64,000 nucleotides of DNA from Planctomycetaceae bacterium (lineage in GTDB: Bacteria > Planctomycetota > Planctomycetia > Planctomycetales > Planctomycetaceae): the NCBI GenBank assembly GCA_044378235.1, contig JBILXT010000002.1, forward strand, positions 10,257 to 74,256, written 5' to 3'. The translations under genes were made by a program, and so were the position numbers. Positions 26,887 to 37,112 of this stretch are shown one piece after another. Each line of letters starts with the position of its first letter. Position 1 is the first letter of the stretch. The notes under the pieces were generated by a model. It saw nothing but the letters and a program-made list of their open reading frames with translations. It searched no databases and had not been told where the DNA came from.

Positions 26887-27993
26887 TTGGCCACAAGTCT
26901 CGCTCAACCTTCCGTCAAGAAAGTAACTGCTGTGCTCATTTTCGATGCTCATCTGGATCTGGCTTTGAATGGTGTCGACTGGAATCGTGACATGCGATGT
27001 TCAGTCGACGACCTGCGTGCTCATGAACGGCATCTGGGAATGACCGAAGCCGGACGCACAGGGAGTACGCTCAGTCTTCCAGAACTGCGAGCGGCCGAAA
27101 TCGGAATCTGCCTTTCCACGCTGCTGGCTCGTCAGGAAAAAGAGATCAACCATTCATTCGGCTGGACGTCTCCTCAGACCTGCTACGCGATGGCCCACGC
27201 TCACCTGGCCTGGCATCGTGCGATGGAACGAGCTGGCCTGATGCGGTCGATTAAGACCAAGCGAGACCTGGCTCACCATATTGAGGACTATCGCAAGAAC
27301 CCAACGACCGCACCGCTGGGTTTTATTCAGACGATGGAAGGTGCCGATCCGGTGCTGATTCCGGACACGATTGATGAGTTTCATGAGCACGGCCTGCGAG
27401 CCATCGGGCTGACTCATTACGGTGCCAATCGCTACGGTGGTGGTACCGCCTGCGAAGTCGGGCTGGCGCTGGATGCGATTCCATTGCTGAAACGTATCGG
27501 CGAACTTGGCATGACGCTTGATGTGACACATCTGTCGGATGTCGCATTCTGGCAGGCACTGGAATACTTCGACGGCCGTATTCATGCGAGCCATCAGAAT
27601 TCGCGCCGACTGGCTCCGTGGCAGCGTCAATTCTCTGATGAGCAGTACAAAGCTGTGATTGACCGCGATGGTGTCATCGGGATGGCATTTGATGTCATCA
27701 TGCTGCAGCCGGGTTATGTGCGTCGAGTGACTCCCGCGACAGTGACGATGGAACGCGTTGTTGACAATATCGATATCGTCTGTCAGCTGGCCGGGAATAC
27801 TCGTCATGTTGGAATCGGCAGCGATCTTGACGGCGGATACGGAGTTGAGCAGACACCTGCCGACTTCGATCGTATTCGCGACCTGCAGCGACTGACGGAA
27901 ATGATGTCAAAGCGAGGGTACACGGAAGCCGATATTGCCGGCATCATGCACGGCAACTTCCTGCGATTCTTCACCGAAGTTCTGCCGGATTAG
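26887..27993 (+). CDS. membrane dipeptidase, peptidase family M19
   Basis: 368 aa with a TTG start. HxD metal motif: IFDAHLDLA. Also GLTHYGANRYGGG and IGSDLDGG. Confidence 0.8.
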   Translation: MATSLAQPSVKKVTAVLIFDAHLDLALNGVDWNRDMRCSVDDLRAHERHLGMTEAGRTGSTLSLPELRAAEIGICLSTLLARQEKEINHSFGWTSPQTCYAMAHAHLAWHRAMERAGLMRSIKTKRDLAHHIEDYRKNPTTAPLGFIQTMEGADPVLIPDTIDEFHEHGLRAIGLTHYGANRYGGGTACEVGLALDAIPLLKRIGELGMTLDVTHLSDVAFWQALEYFDGRIHASHQNSRRLAPWQRQFSDEQYKAVIDRDGVIGMAFDVIMLQPGYVRRVTPATVTMERVVDNIDIVCQLAGNTRHVGIGSDLDGGYGVEQTPADFDRIRDLQRLTEMMSKRGYTEADIAGIMHGNFLRFFTEVLPD

Positions 27994-28012
27994 TTTTCTC
28001 AAGGTATTTGTC

Positions 28013-28627
28013 ATGTCCAGCGTATCTGCAATCACGGCCGAAGAGTTCGTCTCGAAGCTTCCGGATCTTCCGGAAGCAGGTCGCTGGCATGAGCTTCATG
28101 ACGGTCTGCCCGTGTTGCTTTCGGCTCCTGATGATGTTCACGGGACGATTGTTCTGAATCTGACTCGCGCGCTGGCGACCTGGTTGCAGGGCCAGCCCGT
28201 GACGACTCGAGGTTACGCATGTCCGGGAATTGGATTGCATGTCAAATCTCAACCGGACACCGTCTACTTTCCGGCGATCAGTCTCTTCAAAGATGGGCAG
28301 CCATTTTCGCAATTCGATCGCACGATTGCTTCAGAGGTTCCCAAGCTCGTGATCGACGTCGCTTCGTCAAACGACCGTCGCACCGATATGCGTCTGCGGA
28401 CAACGGCGTACCTGAAGCATGGGGTTGAAGTGGTCTGGATTCCGGATCCCTTTAAGAAAGAAGTTCAGGTCATTCGGCGTTCTGCTCACACGCTGGCTCT
28501 GGGCAAGTGGCAGACTCTGAACGGGGATCCTGTTCTTCCCGGCTTTCAGATCGAAGTTGAGAAGGTCTTTGCTCAACCAAAATGGTGGAATGGCGAGTTG
28601 CCGGAGTTCTCGGTCGTGCAGGAATAA
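28013..28627 (+). CDS. Uma2/DUF820-family restriction-endonuclease-like protein
   Basis: Start at the ATG at 28013. The pattern is HELHDG...H, then PKLVIDVASSNDRRTDMRLRTTAYLKHGVEVVWIPDP, which is the PD-(D/E)xK-like Uma2 signature. Confidence 0.7.
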   Translation: MSSVSAITAEEFVSKLPDLPEAGRWHELHDGLPVLLSAPDDVHGTIVLNLTRALATWLQGQPVTTRGYACPGIGLHVKSQPDTVYFPAISLFKDGQPFSQFDRTIASEVPKLVIDVASSNDRRTDMRLRTTAYLKHGVEVVWIPDPFKKEVQVIRRSAHTLALGKWQTLNGDPVLPGFQIEVEKVFAQPKWWNGELPEFSVVQE

Positions 28628-28646
28628 GCCTGTAACGGAATAGAAA

Positions 28647-28699
28647 ATCCCGTCGACGGAGCGACGTGTGTACGGTACACACGTCGCTTCGCCCAATGG
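28647..28699. repeat. REP-like palindromic element, family C (intergenic copy)
   Basis: ATCCCGTCGACGGAGCGACGTGTGTAC-G-GTACACACGTCGCTTCGCCC... The inner 15-16 bp pair perfectly. The outer right arm is decayed. Confidence 0.7.
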
Positions 28700-28925
28700 C
28701 GTGGAATTAAGGAAATTCCGTGTTGATCATCGCCTGGGATCACGCAAGCTTTGGTTCGTTGTTTCGGGCTGCGAAATCAGAACGTTAGTTGTCCCGCTGA
28801 ATCTCGTTGCAATACCAAATTTTTGACACCTCAGGACAAGCCCCATTGTGGCAAATCGAGTTTAAGTCCACGCCATTGGTCGCTCCGCCGGCGGGATTCT
28901 TATGCTCCCTCGGCCGCTCTAGCCT

Positions 28926-30215
28926 CTACTTCCGCTGATCGAGTGCAACGTAGTCGCGTTGTGTTGCACCGGTGTAGATCTGACGTGGACGGTAGATACG
29001 GCTGGTGTCCTCGTCACGCTGTTCACGCCAGTGAGCCAGCCAGCCTGGCAGGCGGCCGATGGCGAACATCACAGTGAACATGTTGGTTGGAATGCCCATC
29101 GCTCGATAAAGAATGCCGCTGTAGAAGTCGACATTCGGATAAAGCTTGCGGCTTACGAAGTAATCGTCTTCCAGGGCGACCTTTTCGAGGTTGCGAGCGA
29201 TCTCCAGCAACGGGTCGTTGATCCCCAGTTCCTGCAGGACTTGCTCTGCCATTTTGCGAAGGATCGTGGCTCGCGGATCGAAGTTCTTGTACACGCGGTG
29301 ACCAAAGCCCATCAGGCGGAAGCCGCTGTCTTTGTCCTTGGCCTTCGCGACATACTTCTTGTAGTCATCGCCGTCGTCGTGAATCATCTGCAGCATTTCG
29401 AGCACGGCCTGATTGGCCCCGCCATGCAGAGGTCCCCACAACGCACAGATACCGGCCGAGATCGATGCAAAGATATTGGCACGGCTGCTGGCAACGATAC
29501 GCACGGTTGACGTGCTGCAGTTCTGTTCGTGATCCGCATGCAGGATCAGCAGCATGTTGAGTGCCTTCACCAGCACCGGATTGATTTTGTATTCCTCTGC
29601 GGGAACAGCAAACATCATGTTCAGGAAGTTAGCGCAGTAGGACAGATTGTTCTGAGGATAAATCGTCGGCTGGCCAATCGACTTCTTGTACGCGTAGGCT
29701 GCAATCGTTCGCACCTTGGCGATCAGACGTACGATGTTGACGTCAGAAATGTCGTCTTCGGTGCCTGGATAGTAAGTCGACAGCGAAGAGACCATCGCCG
29801 ACAGGATCGCCATCGGGTGAGCGTTCGGCGGGAATCCTTCGAAGAACTTCTTCATGTCTTCGTGGATCATACTGTGGTAGGTCAGCTGAGCACGGAACGC
29901 CTTGAGTTGTTCCGGCGTCGGCAGTTCACCGTACAGCAACAGCCAGGACGTTTCGACAAAGTCTGATCGTTCTGCCAGTTGTTCAATCGGATATCCGCGG
30001 TAACGCAGAATGCCTTTGTCACCATCAATAAACGTGATCGCACTTTTGCAGGCACCGGTACTGTTGAATCCGGGATCCATCGTGATCGCGCCGGACTGAG
30101 CCAGCAATTTGGTGATATCGACAGCGGTTTCGTTTTCCACGCCGCGAATCACCGGCAACTCGTAGGATTTACCGTCAAGAGTCAGACTGGCCGATGACAT
30201 AAATTCGGGTTCCAT
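28926..30215 (-). CDS. gltA: citrate synthase (type II, hexameric type)
   Basis: 429 aa with GFGHRVYKNFDPRA and LILHADHEQN. ATG 30200 is an alternative start. Confidence 0.95.
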   Translation of the reverse strand: MEPEFMSSASLTLDGKSYELPVIRGVENETAVDITKLLAQSGAITMDPGFNSTGACKSAITFIDGDKGILRYRGYPIEQLAERSDFVETSWLLLYGELPTPEQLKAFRAQLTYHSMIHEDMKKFFEGFPPNAHPMAILSAMVSSLSTYYPGTEDDISDVNIVRLIAKVRTIAAYAYKKSIGQPTIYPQNNLSYCANFLNMMFAVPAEEYKINPVLVKALNMLLILHADHEQNCSTSTVRIVASSRANIFASISAGICALWGPLHGGANQAVLEMLQMIHDDGDDYKKYVAKAKDKDSGFRLMGFGHRVYKNFDPRATILRKMAEQVLQELGINDPLLEIARNLEKVALEDDYFVSRKLYPNVDFYSGILYRAMGIPTNMFTVMFAIGRLPGWLAHWREQRDEDTSRIYRPRQIYTGATQRDYVALDQRK

Positions 30216-30523
30216 TCAATCATGAGATACTTCCCGACGGCAGTGTGACTGCCCTGACGGGAAAAACGAACAGGTTCTCGCCTTGTTCTGTGCGCCAAAC
30301 GGTATCACGAGAACCGCAAAAGTAAACTCACCCGCGCCGGAACATCTTTTCCGAGATAGGAATCGTGCAGGTCATCCCGAATACACAGGCAGGGCTGAGT
30401 GGTCAGTCCTGCACACAAAAGGCTGTTTCGACTACCAAAACCGGTCATCCGGCGGTTATCATCGCCCCGTGACGTCCCGCCCTGCTCCTGCTTGCCTATT
30501 GAGTTCTGGCTCGAACTTTCGAT

Positions 30524-31867
30524 TTGAAGGACCTGAGAATGGCGAATCGACCAACTTCCGGACTGTGCATTCCTTCTCAGCACGGGCTTTCTCGTCGCGG
30601 ATTCTTTTCCCAGGGTGCACTTAGGGCTGGAACGATTGGTGGCGTTGCCGGTTGTTTTGCCGCCGACATGGGGCAGATTCATGCACTGCGCTCTGAAGAA
30701 ATCGCGGGCGAACTGAAACGGCAGGATAAACGAGTGATTCTTCTTTGGCTGGCAGGCGGTGCCAGTCAATTTGAAACATGGGATCCCAAGCCCGGTGCAA
30801 AAACCGGCGGTCCATTCCGCGCGATTCAGACGAACGCGACCGGAGTACACATCAGTGAGTTGCTGCCGGAGCTTTCGCAGCGAATGCAGCACACCGCCAT
30901 CATTCGATCGCTTAATACGAAAATCGCAGACCACGGTCGTGGCGCGGATCTGATGGAAACGGGGCGTCTGAAAGACCCCAGCATTCTCTATCCGGATTTG
31001 GGAGCGGTTGTCGCCCGTGAGTTAGGGCGGCTGGAGAGCAAAGTGCCCGATTACGTGTCGCTCTACACATCGACAGAAGGACGACGCAAAGGCACCAGCG
31101 GATTTCTCGGCGCACGGTATGCACCGATGTTTCTTTCGGAAAGCATGATTCCTCCCAACATCGTCAGAGCGGAGTCTCTGCCTGAGATTGATCACAAAGA
31201 TCGCGCGGCATTACGAGATGCATTGGGCCGACGTTTCGCGAGTGCTCGCCGCAGTGATTCGGTCGACAGCCAGAACTCGGCGTATCAGCGAGTTCATGGA
31301 CTCATGGCGAGCGCCGAGCTGTTCGATATCTCAGAAGAGCCGGCCGATGTGCAGGCTCGCTACGGACCGACTCAGTTTGGCCATCAGTGTTTGATTGCGC
31401 GTCGACTGGTCGAAGCCGGTGTTCCGTTCGTCAAAGTTGCTCGAGCATGGTGGGACAGCCATGGTCAGAATTTCGAAACTCACCAGGAACTTTGCGCCGA
31501 TCTGGATCATTCCATGTCGGTGCTGCTGGATGATCTGGAACAGCGTGGGCTTTTGAAGAACACGCTGGTCATCACGCTGGGCGAATTCGGAAGAACCCCG
31601 CAGATCAATTCCAGCCTTGGGCGCGATCACTTCGCCAGCGCGTGGAGCTGCAGTCTGTCAGGGCTTGGTGTTCGAGGCGGTGTGGCCTACGGAAAGACGG
31701 ATCCTGAGGGCCACAACGTCGTCGAAGGAGAAGCGTCTGCCGGTGATTTGTTTGCGACGATCCTTACAGCACTGGGGATCGACTACAAGCATGAATACAC
31801 CGTGGGTTCGCGACCTGTGCCGTTGGCCGATTTTGGTTCGGAGCCAATCGCGGAAGTCCTTGTGTGA
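30524..31867 (+). CDS. DUF1501 domain protein (sulfatase-like, Tat-type signal)
   Basis: 447 aa with SRRGFFSQGALRAGTIGG, GEFGRTP and GRDHF. Confidence 0.85.
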   Translation: MKDLRMANRPTSGLCIPSQHGLSRRGFFSQGALRAGTIGGVAGCFAADMGQIHALRSEEIAGELKRQDKRVILLWLAGGASQFETWDPKPGAKTGGPFRAIQTNATGVHISELLPELSQRMQHTAIIRSLNTKIADHGRGADLMETGRLKDPSILYPDLGAVVARELGRLESKVPDYVSLYTSTEGRRKGTSGFLGARYAPMFLSESMIPPNIVRAESLPEIDHKDRAALRDALGRRFASARRSDSVDSQNSAYQRVHGLMASAELFDISEEPADVQARYGPTQFGHQCLIARRLVEAGVPFVKVARAWWDSHGQNFETHQELCADLDHSMSVLLDDLEQRGLLKNTLVITLGEFGRTPQINSSLGRDHFASAWSCSLSGLGVRGGVAYGKTDPEGHNVVEGEASAGDLFATILTALGIDYKHEYTVGSRPVPLADFGSEPIAEVLV

Positions 31868-31879
31868 CGCTAACAACAT

Positions 31880-31932
31880 GAGCCTGAGGCGCTAGCCGAA
31901 TTGACGGGGAATTCGGCTAGCGCCTCAGGCTC
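31880..31932. repeat. REP-like palindromic element, family B (intergenic copy)
   Basis: GAGCCTGAGGCGCTAGCCGAATT-GACGGGG-AATTCGGCTAGCGCCTCAGGCTC, between convergent genes. Confidence 0.85.
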
Positions 31933-31942
31933 AACGTTCGTC

Positions 31943-33295
31943 CTACTTCCAGAACACCAGCGTCGACAGAGAATACTTAATCCCTTCGAACTCGTACTGT
32001 GCTTCGCCGAAAACGGCGACTCGTTCTTCACCCGATTTCATTGCGGTTCCATGGAAGCTGCCGTCGGTTCCGGCTAGGTCTTCCGATGTCCACTTGGAAT
32101 CTCGGAAGTCGTTTGAGGCCGAGCGAGCAGACCAGAGTCGAACGACCTGCGGTGTGCCGGATGGCTTCATCGAGACACCGACCTGTTCGGCGGAAACTTT
32201 CGGTTCCCACGAGAACTCCGGTAGAGTTTCTCCGGCGGCCGCATGTCGGAAAAAAACGGCGATCGTGCGAAGAGCATGATCACGACCACCATCCAGACCG
32301 TGGCCACCGTTGGGTGCTCGATGGATGTGTTTCACGCCGACGAGATCGTCCCAGTAAATGTTCATGGCATCAACGGACCAGTATCGATCGTTGGCCCCGA
32401 CCACCAGCAATTTGGGCATCGTGATTTTCGCACGATAGGTGAAAGGGTCCATCATCTTCCACAGTTCGGCTTCGCGACCGTCTTTTGGAATGCCGTCTTC
32501 GCTCACCAGACCTTTGCTGGTGTAGTCTTCAATCTGCTCACTGTAGAAGCCCCATGTCTTCTTCTGGTGCGTCATCTGAGCCGGGAAGTTCAGGACGTCG
32601 ATCACGATTGGAGCGGTCGCGATAATTCGTTTGTCGACAGCCGAAGTCAGCCAGCTGGTCCAGCCACGCTTGGAAGCTCCGGTAATTACGAAGCCTTTAA
32701 GAGGCTGCTTGAACTGTTCTGCGGAGAACTGCTCCAGAGCATCCATCGCCTTCACCGCGCTTTTGGCCATTGGGAAGAGCAGCGGCCAGGTCGCATCACC
32801 AGTGGCCAGATACTTCAGCCAGGTTTCTGTAATCAGGTCATCTTCAACTCGATTGCCCATCAGTGGCTGGTTGGGCACCTGGTGTAAAGTCGCAACTCGA
32901 GCACCAGTCAGATTGGCCAGAGCAACTCCCATCCCCATGTCTTTGGGGTTTGGGCTATTGCCATTACCGCCACCGGTCACGAAGAGCAGCATGTGATCTT
33001 TGTGAGCCAGGGTCTTTGGTTCGTACACGATGAGAGCGTGTTTCCAGACGATGTTCTGCCACTTTTGTGATGTTAGTTCAAGACGGTGAACGGAGTTTTC
33101 ACCGACGGTGAGTGACTCTGCTTTTTTCCAGGCGAAGTCTGGCTCGGGGCGTTCGACATATTCAAAGATTTGACGCGGAGGATCGATTTGTTGAGAAGCT
33201 TTTGAAGCAGCCCCATCTTCTGCAACCGCAGCAGGTGTTAGAAGGCCAAGAAAAAGAAGTGTTAACAACCGAAGAACTCTCATTGATCTTCTCAA
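31943..33295 (-). CDS. PhoPQ-activated pathogenicity-related (PqaA-type) alpha/beta-hydrolase-like secreted protein
   Basis: 450 aa with a signal peptide. Family-like segments are MLLFVTGGGNG and FVITGASKRGWTSWLT. Confidence 0.65.
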   Translation of the reverse strand: MRRSMRVLRLLTLLFLGLLTPAAVAEDGAASKASQQIDPPRQIFEYVERPEPDFAWKKAESLTVGENSVHRLELTSQKWQNIVWKHALIVYEPKTLAHKDHMLLFVTGGGNGNSPNPKDMGMGVALANLTGARVATLHQVPNQPLMGNRVEDDLITETWLKYLATGDATWPLLFPMAKSAVKAMDALEQFSAEQFKQPLKGFVITGASKRGWTSWLTSAVDKRIIATAPIVIDVLNFPAQMTHQKKTWGFYSEQIEDYTSKGLVSEDGIPKDGREAELWKMMDPFTYRAKITMPKLLVVGANDRYWSVDAMNIYWDDLVGVKHIHRAPNGGHGLDGGRDHALRTIAVFFRHAAAGETLPEFSWEPKVSAEQVGVSMKPSGTPQVVRLWSARSASNDFRDSKWTSEDLAGTDGSFHGTAMKSGEERVAVFGEAQYEFEGIKYSLSTLVFWK

Positions 33296-33537
33296 CCTTC
33301 ATGAAGCTAAACGTAAAGAATGTCAGCAGGGCAGTTTCAGCCATCAAGGAGAATAGCCGAAAAGTTTTCTTTTACTTCTGTTGGCCACGTTCATTCCGTC
33401 CTGATCGCTGATGGAACGACCCTGCATCTGGTGTTCGTGACCAGATGGTACTCAAGAACCATACGAGGTTGCCATGTTCGCAGTAGCAGGATTACCGGCT
33501 CGCCGAGCGGTACGTCACCTTGGCAACGTTGGGGGGC

Positions 33538-34011
33538 TCATTTTTTGGCGGGGCCGGGAGTCAACTCAATAACGCCAAGGTCGTGCGGGTCATCAGAGTC
33601 GGTTACCGTCAGGGTGTGCTCTGACTTAGCAGGGTCGGAGTATTTCCCGTTGAGCTTGTCGCCCGAGTATTGACTGTTCATCAGGTTGATTTGTCCCCAA
33701 ACGAAGGTCAGTTGATATTGGCCAGCAGGGACACCGTCGCCGGTTTCGTATGTCGAGATGGTAAACAGGCCGTTCGCATCTGTCATTCCTGTCGACTGCA
33801 TTGGTACCGCCCCAGTTCCGCCGACAGGGACTGCTACGACACGAAGAAATGCGGCGGCAGTTCCGTCAACTTTTACAGTCCCGGTGATCGGGATCGTAGT
33901 GACTCTCGGGCCGCCTTGGGGGCCAGATGAACCGCCGCAGCCAGCTAAGGTGATGATTACGGCAAGTGGAAGAACCCTTGAAAAGAAGGTCGCAATTCTG
34001 GAATAACGCAT
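33538..34011 (-). CDS. small lipoprotein, carboxypeptidase-regulatory-like beta-sandwich
   Basis: 157 aa with the lipobox LAGCGGS. It lies downstream of a DUF1559 gene, as is typical in planctomycetes. Confidence 0.6.
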   Translation of the reverse strand: MRYSRIATFFSRVLPLAVIITLAGCGGSSGPQGGPRVTTIPITGTVKVDGTAAAFLRVVAVPVGGTGAVPMQSTGMTDANGLFTISTYETGDGVPAGQYQLTFVWGQINLMNSQYSGDKLNGKYSDPAKSEHTLTVTDSDDPHDLGVIELTPGPAKK

Positions 34012-34259
34012 CGTTTGTTTCTCAAGATTTCAAAAGAGATTCTGGAGCCTGCCGGTAAAGGGAGGTTTTCGAGCCTCAACGAAACCGGGACAGGTACCTT
34101 TTGCCTGTTGCTATTCACAGTGATTTCGCAAGCCTGTGGGAGTCAGTCCAGGTTTTGTGAGGTGTTATTAAATCCCGTTGCCCGTCCCGAGCTCTGAAGA
34201 TGGAACGAGGCTCAGCTGCGTCGCTCGAGCCTCTATTCCAGTTTCCTTAGAGTGATCAA

Positions 34260-35300
34260 TTAGAATTCACCCATGACCTCGCCGCCTGCACGCGTGATCA
34301 AGGACGCGAGCGTGTAGGCTGAAATGTTCTCGCTGATGAATCGCGCAGATCCGTCAGCCAGAGTCACAGTCGCCCCGCCCGTATGCCACGAATACAATCC
34401 GGCAGTTCGGGCATTGGAGCAGTTAATGGCACAAGGTCCGTCGCCGCCATTGCCATCGAAAAGGACGCCGCTGACCCATGTGTCGCCTTTGAAAATATCT
34501 GCCCAGGTACCGCTGCCGTTCATTGCCTGAGCTGCCGCGTACGGATCGCTCAACGGTACAAGCTTGCCCTTTCGATACAGGGCCGTCCGGTTGCACGTTT
34601 CGCCAACCAAAATGGTGTTCGAAGTTCCGTCGGTAATATCTCGCATGTTGCCGCCACGACCTCCCGAAGTTGCTGCCGGAAAATCTGAAACAACAAGTGA
34701 CCAAGTACCCCATCCAGAGCGATCTGCTGCGGGAGTTTGTCCCGTGTAAGCCACGGTACTAAATGTCGAGCGGACTCCGTCCAGAGTGTCGTAATCCAGG
34801 ACTCCCCCTGTCATGGTTTGAGCCGCTGGTGTCGGAGGGTAGCCGGATGCCAGAACCGTTCCAGCAGGAATCGTATTCGTGTAGGTGCTGGAGCTTCGGG
34901 GTACGGAAGGGCAAATAAATCCGGGAATGATGGTTCTAACCGCGTTTGCATTGGTCGGGTCAAAGGGAGACAGACTGGCGTTGTAAAGACTGTAGACATT
35001 TGCCTGTTCCATGAACGGCAACAGCATCGTACACCAACTTGATCCCGCGCGGATATTCAATCCGCCTGCTACCGTCAGTCTCAACATTGCGGGCTGCGGA
35101 AATCGGCTGTGTGTGTCGTGGTAATTGTGGAACGCCAGCCCAATCTGCCGCATGTTGTTCTTGCACTGAGTTCGACGGGCAGCTTCTCTTGCCTGCTGTA
35201 CCGCAGGTAGCAGCAGGGCAATCAGGATGGCGATGATCGCAATCACCACCAGCAATTCGATCAACGTGAATCCACGGCGGAAAACTCTCGGTGATTTCAT
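34260..35300 (-). CDS. DUF1559 protein with prepilin-type N-terminal cleavage/methylation domain
   Basis: Start set to ATG 35300. N-terminal sequence: [53 protein letters not shown]. Confidence 0.85.
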   Translation of the reverse strand: MKSPRVFRRGFTLIELLVVIAIIAILIALLLPAVQQAREAARRTQCKNNMRQIGLAFHNYHDTHSRFPQPAMLRLTVAGGLNIRAGSSWCTMLLPFMEQANVYSLYNASLSPFDPTNANAVRTIIPGFICPSVPRSSSTYTNTIPAGTVLASGYPPTPAAQTMTGGVLDYDTLDGVRSTFSTVAYTGQTPAADRSGWGTWSLVVSDFPAATSGGRGGNMRDITDGTSNTILVGETCNRTALYRKGKLVPLSDPYAAAQAMNGSGTWADIFKGDTWVSGVLFDGNGGDGPCAINCSNARTAGLYSWHTGGATVTLADGSARFISENISAYTLASLITRAGGEVMGEF

Positions 35301-35953
35301 GAAAACTCTCCATGGGTCAGGAATGAAGAACAAACAGGAACCGTGTCTCTGAGTTTAATATGAATCAGATAAAAAGGCAGTGCGTTCAGGTTTTTTTGAC
35401 CAACTATTCACACCTGAAAGTACTTAAGTAATACTCGGCCTGCCTATTGGGGGGTAACGCCTTCCGGGTTGCCTGCAAAAGAGTTTCTGCCGGGTCTTTT
35501 TGATGAATCGTTGTAACCTGTGGATTCCCCCCTTGTTTCGGTTTGTAAGGAAGCCGGCAATACGCTTCAAAGATTGTTGTCATGTGGGGCGTGTATTCTG
35601 CAACACCCTGAATTCCTGAAATGTTCACCCGGGGAAAAGAAGACTAGATCTGCAGGCTATCATTCTGTGGACTGCGTTATTCAATCCAGTTGCCCAGACT
35701 GCATTTGATTTCGAAATAGGTGCCCTCCGAGCACCTGTGATGCTCGACACGATTTCCGTGACCGTATACTTTCTCTGCAGCCGAGCCTGTTCTGCGACGC
35801 ATCATGTGACATAAGGTTGTCGTCGGAGTATGATGTGACTGGGAACCGGATCACTCGAACGATTAGTTCGATGCGGAGAGAGTTCGTACGGAAATAACAG
35901 GCCGATTCACTCCGGACTCTGCCACAGAAGAGAGTCCATCAGGAGCTTAAACG

Positions 35954-37042
35954 ATGGTTGTAGGCAGCCAGGAAATGACTCCCGCGGAGAACTTACCCCC
36001 GGCGGCCGATAACGCGGCAGTGTTAGTCGCTGCGACCTTGCCTAACGCGGTCAAAGTCAACAAGACATTTTCTCTGCCAGGCATTGGCTTGTGCCTGGCA
36101 ATGCGATCCGACAACTCGCTGATCTACTCCGGCCTGTCGGATTTTTCGATCGTGCGTGTCGACGTGGCTGCCGAGAAAATGGAACCGGCAGTGATCGGAA
36201 GCAATGGTCACTCCAGCTACGTTATGGGACTTGTCCGATGTGGCAATATGCTGGTATCGGGTAGCTATGACTGCTCTTTGATTTGGTGGAACTCAGAGAC
36301 CGGCGAAACAATTCGTCGTATTGGCGATGCACATGCTCGCTGGATCAGAATGCTGGCCGTGAATCCTGATCAGACTCGCATCGCCAGTGTGGGCGATGAT
36401 ATGAAGACAAAACTGTGGGACACGGCGACGGGAGAATGCCTGGCGACCTGGGGAGATTATGAACTCAAGACGCCGCATGGCTTTCCATCCATGTTGTATG
36501 CAACCACGTTTTCGCCCGATGGCAAATGGCTGGCGACCGGCGATCGTACGGGACGAGTTCTGATCCGTGACGTCATCAATGGCCAAATCGCTGCGACGCT
36601 GGAAACCCCCGTGATGTATACGTGGGATCCAACAGCACGTCGCCATTCGATTGGTGGAATTCGCTCCCTGGCGTTCTCTGCGGACTCAACGCAATTAGCA
36701 GTCGGAGGCATGGGGAAGGTCGGCAACATCGATCATCTGGAAGGTGTGGCCCGCATTGAAGTCTTCAATTGGCAGACGAAAGAACGACGCCTGGAAATCG
36801 AAGACAATAAGCACAAGGGGCTTGTAGAGTCTCTGCAGTTCGGTCCCGGTGATGCATGGCTGGCTTCGGCTGGTGGTGACAACAGTGGCTTTGTGAGTGT
36901 TTGGAATATGGCTGACGGAAAAGTGCTGGCTCAGGATCGAGCTCCAATGCATGTGCATGATTTCGAGCTCAGCACAGATGGCCGATCATTGATTGCCGTC
37001 GGTCATCAGCAAGGAGCGGTGATTGATTTGTTTCAGGCATGA
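35954..37042 (+). CDS. WD40-repeat beta-propeller protein
   Basis: 362 aa with repeated blades ending in WD-like dipeptides (SLIWWN, TKLWD, VLIRD, VSVWN). Confidence 0.75.
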   Translation: MVVGSQEMTPAENLPPAADNAAVLVAATLPNAVKVNKTFSLPGIGLCLAMRSDNSLIYSGLSDFSIVRVDVAAEKMEPAVIGSNGHSSYVMGLVRCGNMLVSGSYDCSLIWWNSETGETIRRIGDAHARWIRMLAVNPDQTRIASVGDDMKTKLWDTATGECLATWGDYELKTPHGFPSMLYATTFSPDGKWLATGDRTGRVLIRDVINGQIAATLETPVMYTWDPTARRHSIGGIRSLAFSADSTQLAVGGMGKVGNIDHLEGVARIEVFNWQTKERRLEIEDNKHKGLVESLQFGPGDAWLASAGGDNSGFVSVWNMADGKVLAQDRAPMHVHDFELSTDGRSLIAVGHQQGAVIDLFQA

Positions 37043-37112
37043 TGTCCGCCTGGAACATCGACCGCATAGCACAAACATCGCCGAGAGTTTTTTACGTCGA
37101 TAAGCAGCTCCC

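Noticed and set aside
28367-28696. 109-aa minus-strand ORF containing VPYTRRSVDG
   Set aside because: It is antisense to the Uma2 gene, and its N-terminus is just the translated intergenic family C palindrome.
35719-35735. Hairpin GGTGC-CCTCCGA-GCACC upstream of the WD40-moeA genes, reminiscent of the CCUCCGAG core of the Moco riboswitch
   Set aside because: I could not find the other conserved Moco-motif segments. The hairpin lies ~220 nt from the start codon, not overlapping the RBS. My recollection of the consensus is too imprecise. Testing it would need a cmsearch with RF01055.
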